Below are positions 60,124 to 64,000 of a DNA stretch of 64,000 nucleotides, piece by piece. The translations under genes were made by a program, and so were the position numbers. Positions within the stretch are counted from its first letter, which is position 1. Each line of letters begins with the position of its first letter. The DNA lies in the NCBI GenBank assembly GCA_015233115.1, contig JADFYJ010000001.1, positions 67,084-131,083 of the forward strand. The letters are read 5' to 3'. This DNA comes from Candidatus Omnitrophota bacterium (GTDB taxonomy: Bacteria; Omnitrophota; Gorgyraeia; Zapsychrales; Zapsychraceae). The notes under the pieces were generated by a model that saw nothing but the letters and a program-made list of their open reading frames with translations, did not search any database and was not told where the DNA came from.

Positions 60124-62136
60124 ATGGAAAAATATATTAATATTGACGGCAGGGATGTTCCGATTAACGGAGAAAAAAACCTTTTGGAATTGATCCGAAA
60201 AGCGGGGATTGATATTCCCACTTTTTGTTACGTATCCGAGTTGAGCGTGTATGGCGCGTGCCGTATGTGTACGGTTGAAATAGAGGGGCGCGGCTTGCAG
60301 ACATCGTGTTCTACTTTACCTGAACCGGGTTTAAAAGTCCGCACCAATACCGAAGTGGTGCGTCAAATTCGGCGGGTAGCTTTGGAATTAATTTTGGCTA
60401 ATCATGAGCGGGAATGCACCAGTTGTGTGAAAAATACAAATTGCAAACTGCAGAGTTTATCCAAAAGGATGGGGGTGGATGAAATTCGTTTCCGTTCCAT
60501 CAAAAAGCCGGCGATTATCGACGATGATAATCCGTCAATCGTCCGGAATCCGAATAAATGCATTTTATGCGGCGACTGTGTCCGGATGTGTTCTGAAGTG
60601 CAGGGTATCGGCGCGATTGATTTCGCGCATCGGGGACATGAAGTAGTGGTCCAGCCCGCCTTTGGCAAAAATTTATCCCAGGTGCAGTGTGTGTATTGCG
60701 GCCAATGTGCTCGGGTTTGCCCGACAGGCGCATTGACCCCAAAATCTGAAATTGTCCAGGTTTGGAAAGCTTTGCAGGATTCAACCAAGACTGTGGTGGT
60801 ACAGATTGCGCCGGCAGTGCGTGTGGCGCTGGGAGAATCTTTTGGATATCCGGCTGGCGCGTTGACCACTGGACAGATTGTCTCCGCGCTTAAAATGATG
60901 GGCTTCCGGAAAGTTTTTGACACTTGTTTTTCTGCGGATTTGACGATTCTGGAAGAAGGTAATGAATTTATCCGCCGTCTAAAAGAAAATTTGCCGCTGC
61001 CGATGTTTACGTCGTGCTGCCCTTCGTGGGTGAAATTTGTTGAACAGCATTTTCCGGAATTTATCCCGAATTTGTCAACGTGCAAATCGCCTCAGCAAAT
61101 GTTTGGTGCTGTTGCCAAAGGAATATTAGCGGCTGAAATGGGAATTAAAAAAGACAATATGGTGGTGGTATCCATTATGCCGTGTACCGCCAAAAAATTT
61201 GAAGCTAAGCGGTCAGAATTTGCGCAAAACGGAATACCAGATGTAGATCATGTCATTACCACGCAGGAATTAGCACAAATGATTAACGAGCATGGGATAC
61301 AATTTCGTAGCCTTAAACCTGAATCATTGGATATGCCGATGGGATTTAAAACCGGAGCTGGGGTTATTTTTGGAAATACCGGCGGGGTTATGGAAGCCAC
61401 GCTGCGGTATGTTTATGAGAAAGTAGAAGGCCGGATATTAGAAAACCCTGATTTTCAAGAAGTGCGGGGCGAGGCAGGAATCAGGGAAGCAGAGATCAAG
61501 TTGGCTGGTAAAATTTATAAACTCGCCGTGATTCATTCATTGGCCAATGCTAAGGAAATTTTGGCGCAAATTAAAAATGGTGAAAAACAATATCATTTTA
61601 TTGAATTTATGGCTTGTCCGGCAGGATGCATCAATGGCGCGGGCCAGCCGGTAAATTTTGATCCTGATTATCGTCGACAACGTGCTAAAGGGCTTTATGA
61701 GGCTGACAAAATGCAGCAGCTGCACAAATCTCAGGATAACCCTTATTTAAAAGAACTTTATACTAATAAACTGGGTGAGGTGGGGGGAGAAAAAGCGCAT
61801 CATTTACTACATACGAATTATAATGCGCGCCGCAGGATGAAGGGCAAATCCATGCTGATTGTTGATGGTAAAAATACCGAAAAATTAGAAATCAGCGTTT
61901 GTGTTGGGACCAGCTGTTACTTAAAAGGCAGCCAGGATTTACTGCATCATTTGGCCAGACATGTGGCAGAAAAAGGATTGCAGGACAAGGTTCAGGTCAA
62001 AGCTACATTCTGTTTTGAGAAATGTAATAAAGGGCCAAGTATCAAGGTTGGAGAAAAAGTGATTGATCATTGCGATATGCATAAAGCCGCTTTAGCAGTA
62101 GATAAAGCGATAGAGGCCATATTTACTAAGGTTTAA
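60124..62136 (+). CDS. hydA: Group A3 [FeFe]-hydrogenase catalytic subunit with C-terminal thioredoxin-like [2Fe-2S] domain
   Basis: H-cluster motifs FTSCCPSW, MPCTAKKFE, EFMACPAGCINGAG; N-terminal FeS clusters; C-terminal CVGTSC..CFEKC. Confidence 0.95.
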   Translation: MEKYINIDGRDVPINGEKNLLELIRKAGIDIPTFCYVSELSVYGACRMCTVEIEGRGLQTSCSTLPEPGLKVRTNTEVVRQIRRVALELILANHERECTSCVKNTNCKLQSLSKRMGVDEIRFRSIKKPAIIDDDNPSIVRNPNKCILCGDCVRMCSEVQGIGAIDFAHRGHEVVVQPAFGKNLSQVQCVYCGQCARVCPTGALTPKSEIVQVWKALQDSTKTVVVQIAPAVRVALGESFGYPAGALTTGQIVSALKMMGFRKVFDTCFSADLTILEEGNEFIRRLKENLPLPMFTSCCPSWVKFVEQHFPEFIPNLSTCKSPQQMFGAVAKGILAAEMGIKKDNMVVVSIMPCTAKKFEAKRSEFAQNGIPDVDHVITTQELAQMINEHGIQFRSLKPESLDMPMGFKTGAGVIFGNTGGVMEATLRYVYEKVEGRILENPDFQEVRGEAGIREAEIKLAGKIYKLAVIHSLANAKEILAQIKNGEKQYHFIEFMACPAGCINGAGQPVNFDPDYRRQRAKGLYEADKMQQLHKSQDNPYLKELYTNKLGEVGGEKAHHLLHTNYNARRRMKGKSMLIVDGKNTEKLEISVCVGTSCYLKGSQDLLHHLARHVAEKGLQDKVQVKATFCFEKCNKGPSIKVGEKVIDHCDMHKAALAVDKAIEAIFTKV

Positions 62137-62159
62137 TCAATTTTATAGGCGGTGAATGT

Positions 62160-63896
62160 ATGGTGGTAGATACACAAGGACAACAAGTCATTTTTACAAA
62201 TGAGGCGCAGTGCCGCGATTGTTATCGATGTGTCCGTGTTTGCCCGGTTAAAGCCATTAAGGTTGAAGGTAATCAGGCCAGGGTGGATGCGGATCGGTGC
62301 ATTGTTTGCGGAACCTGTGTCCGTGAATGTCCACAAGGCGCGAAAACGTACCGTAAAGATATTGATCTGGCAGAATCTATTATTGAAAAAGGCGGGATGC
62401 TTGCCGCCAGTATAGCCCCTGCTTTTGCCGGAGTTTTTGAAGAATGGGAATATTTGCGTCTCACGTCGGCATTGAGACGCTTAGGTTTTAAATATGTGGC
62501 AGAAACCGCGATAGGTGCATATATGGTAGCGCGCGAAACTGCCGGAGTCGTCCGGAGTAATACCGGTTCACATATTTGTACAGCTTGTCCAGCTTTAGTG
62601 AATTTTGTTGAGAAATATGATCCTAAACGTATTCCCCTTATGGTGCCGGTTGTTTCCCCGATGATCGCTCATGCAAAACATATTAAAAATCAGTTTGGGA
62701 CAGAAACAAAAGTTGTATTTATCGGGCCTTGTGTCGCTAAGAAATTCGAGGCTCAGCGTCAGGAATTAAAGGGTATCGTTGATTGTGTTTTAACATTCGA
62801 AGAGTTGGAAATACTTTTATCTCGTCGCGGCATTGATTTAAGAAATTGTGAGGAAAGCGCGTTTGATGAACTCCCTTGCGGCCGGTCGCGGATATTTCCC
62901 GTTGAAGGCGGTTCGCTGGCCACTGCGGAAATGGATACAAATGTCATTGATGAACGAATAATTTTTGTCAGCGGATTTGATGAAATAAAAACTTGCATGG
63001 CGGCTAACACCAACAAAGGCATGGGACAGGTGATCGAGCCTCTATTATGCTCGAAGGGTTGCGTGAATGGTCCGGGAATTAAACGGCCGGGAAATCCTTT
63101 TGAACGCCGGGCAAAAATTATCCGTTACGCGAAGCAATTTATGTCAGCAGCAGGAAAAGAACCGGCAAAAATTGACCTTAAAACTAATTATTGTTCGATT
63201 CCGGTTATTGCTCAGGGAGAGGTTATTGAAGCCAATGTCCGCGCTGTTCTTGAAAAAACTGGAAAAGCCCGGATAGAACAACAGTTGAATTGCGGGGCAT
63301 GCGGCTATTCGAGCTGTCGTGACCAGGCCGTAGCTGTCGTGCAGGGGATGGCAGAAACCAGCATGTGCATTCCTTATATGCGGAGACTGGCAGAACAGCG
63401 GTCTGACCGGATTATGCAAACCAGTCCTAACGGTATTGTTGTTTTGGATCAAGATTTTAAAATTGTTGATCTAAACGCGGCGTTTGGCACTATGTTTAAA
63501 ACCGGGCCTTCAGCACTGGGACGGCACATTTCTCAATTCGTAGACCCTGATCCTTTTGAAAAAGTGGCGTGCCGGCAAGTAGAAATTCACGACGATCAAC
63601 GCGAATACCCACAGTACAATTTGGTTGTGCGGGAAGTTGTTTATGCTTTGCGGTCAGAAGCTCAATATGTGGGCATGTTTATCAATATTACGTCAACAGC
63701 TTATAATGCCCAGCAATTGCAACAGGTCAAGGATGAAACTGTACAACAAGCTCAAGAATTATATGCTCACCAAATAGAAATGGCAAAAAATTTAGCCAAT
63801 TTCCTTGGTCAATATACGGCCAAAGGCGAGCAGATAGTCCATAAACTTTTAGACGCGGTGAATGATAAAGATAGTTTCCGGAATAAGAAAATTTAA
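62160..63896 (+). CDS. Group C sensory [FeFe]-hydrogenase with PAS domain (HydS/HfsB-like)
   Basis: Variant motifs CTACP, GPCVAKKFE, EPLLCSKGCVNG; NCGACGY..C FeS motif; C-terminal PAS. Confidence 0.9.
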   Translation: MVVDTQGQQVIFTNEAQCRDCYRCVRVCPVKAIKVEGNQARVDADRCIVCGTCVRECPQGAKTYRKDIDLAESIIEKGGMLAASIAPAFAGVFEEWEYLRLTSALRRLGFKYVAETAIGAYMVARETAGVVRSNTGSHICTACPALVNFVEKYDPKRIPLMVPVVSPMIAHAKHIKNQFGTETKVVFIGPCVAKKFEAQRQELKGIVDCVLTFEELEILLSRRGIDLRNCEESAFDELPCGRSRIFPVEGGSLATAEMDTNVIDERIIFVSGFDEIKTCMAANTNKGMGQVIEPLLCSKGCVNGPGIKRPGNPFERRAKIIRYAKQFMSAAGKEPAKIDLKTNYCSIPVIAQGEVIEANVRAVLEKTGKARIEQQLNCGACGYSSCRDQAVAVVQGMAETSMCIPYMRRLAEQRSDRIMQTSPNGIVVLDQDFKIVDLNAAFGTMFKTGPSALGRHISQFVDPDPFEKVACRQVEIHDDQREYPQYNLVVREVVYALRSEAQYVGMFINITSTAYNAQQLQQVKDETVQQAQELYAHQIEMAKNLANFLGQYTAKGEQIVHKLLDAVNDKDSFRNKKI

Positions 63897-63906
63897 GGAA
63901 AGAATT

Positions 63907-64000
63907 ATGGCTTATCAACACGTTGAGGTGGAAAGTCAACAATCCTCCAAGCATCCGGGAACGCCGTGCGGTGATACATTTTTAGTGAAACGTACCATTT
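63907..64000 (+). CDS. 5' part of a SpoIIE/PP2C-family phosphatase (truncated by window edge)
   Basis: MAYQHVEVESQQSSKHPGTPCGDTF; CGD motif and the usual position after hydS. Confidence 0.7.
   Translation, partial: MAYQHVEVESQQSSKHPGTPCGDTFLVKRTI

Noticed and set aside
1227-63954. Numerous short antisense and alternate-frame ORFs in the track (e.g. 5308-5760, 26491-26745, 60402-61085)
   Set aside because: They are shadows of well-supported + strand genes or overlap tRNA repeats, with no motifs or RBS support.

Overview
AT-rich bacterial DNA, almost entirely + strand, probably from an anaerobe (group A3 and group C [FeFe]-hydrogenases, Rex, 2[4Fe-4S] ferredoxin). Taxonomy cannot be fixed from the sequence; the gene content would fit a deep-branching lineage such as Omnitrophota (inference). 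(1) 0.1-14 kb: FecR-like protein, DtxR/FeoA metal regulator, three HEAT-repeat proteins, small basic/membrane proteins, an orphan ParA with a coiled-coil partner, two Mad28/volactin-family actins and a membrane-anchored coiled coil. This resembles the mad arm of a deep-branching magnetosome cluster, but no core mam gene is in the window. (2) 14-35 kb: a two-component signalling array with no DNA-binding output and two orphan solute-binding protein/histidine kinase pairs. (3) Three tRNA-Ser genes (UGA, CGA, GGA) that share a leader hairpin, carry RtT-like 3' repeats and, in two cases, have a small insertion duplicating the tRNA 5' end. (4) 36-57 kb: housekeeping and accessory genes (nitroreductase, TtcA, GGDEF-EAL, CheB/CheR kinase, C1 and M16 peptidases, CpaF-like ATPase, RecQ). 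(5) 57-64 kb: rex-hydCBA-hydS operon. A family of intergenic elements recurs across the window: inverted arms of 7- or 8-bp tandem repeats around AT-rich spacers, several sharing the core GAAAAAGCGATT. Family assignments come from motif recognition and recall, not from database searches.
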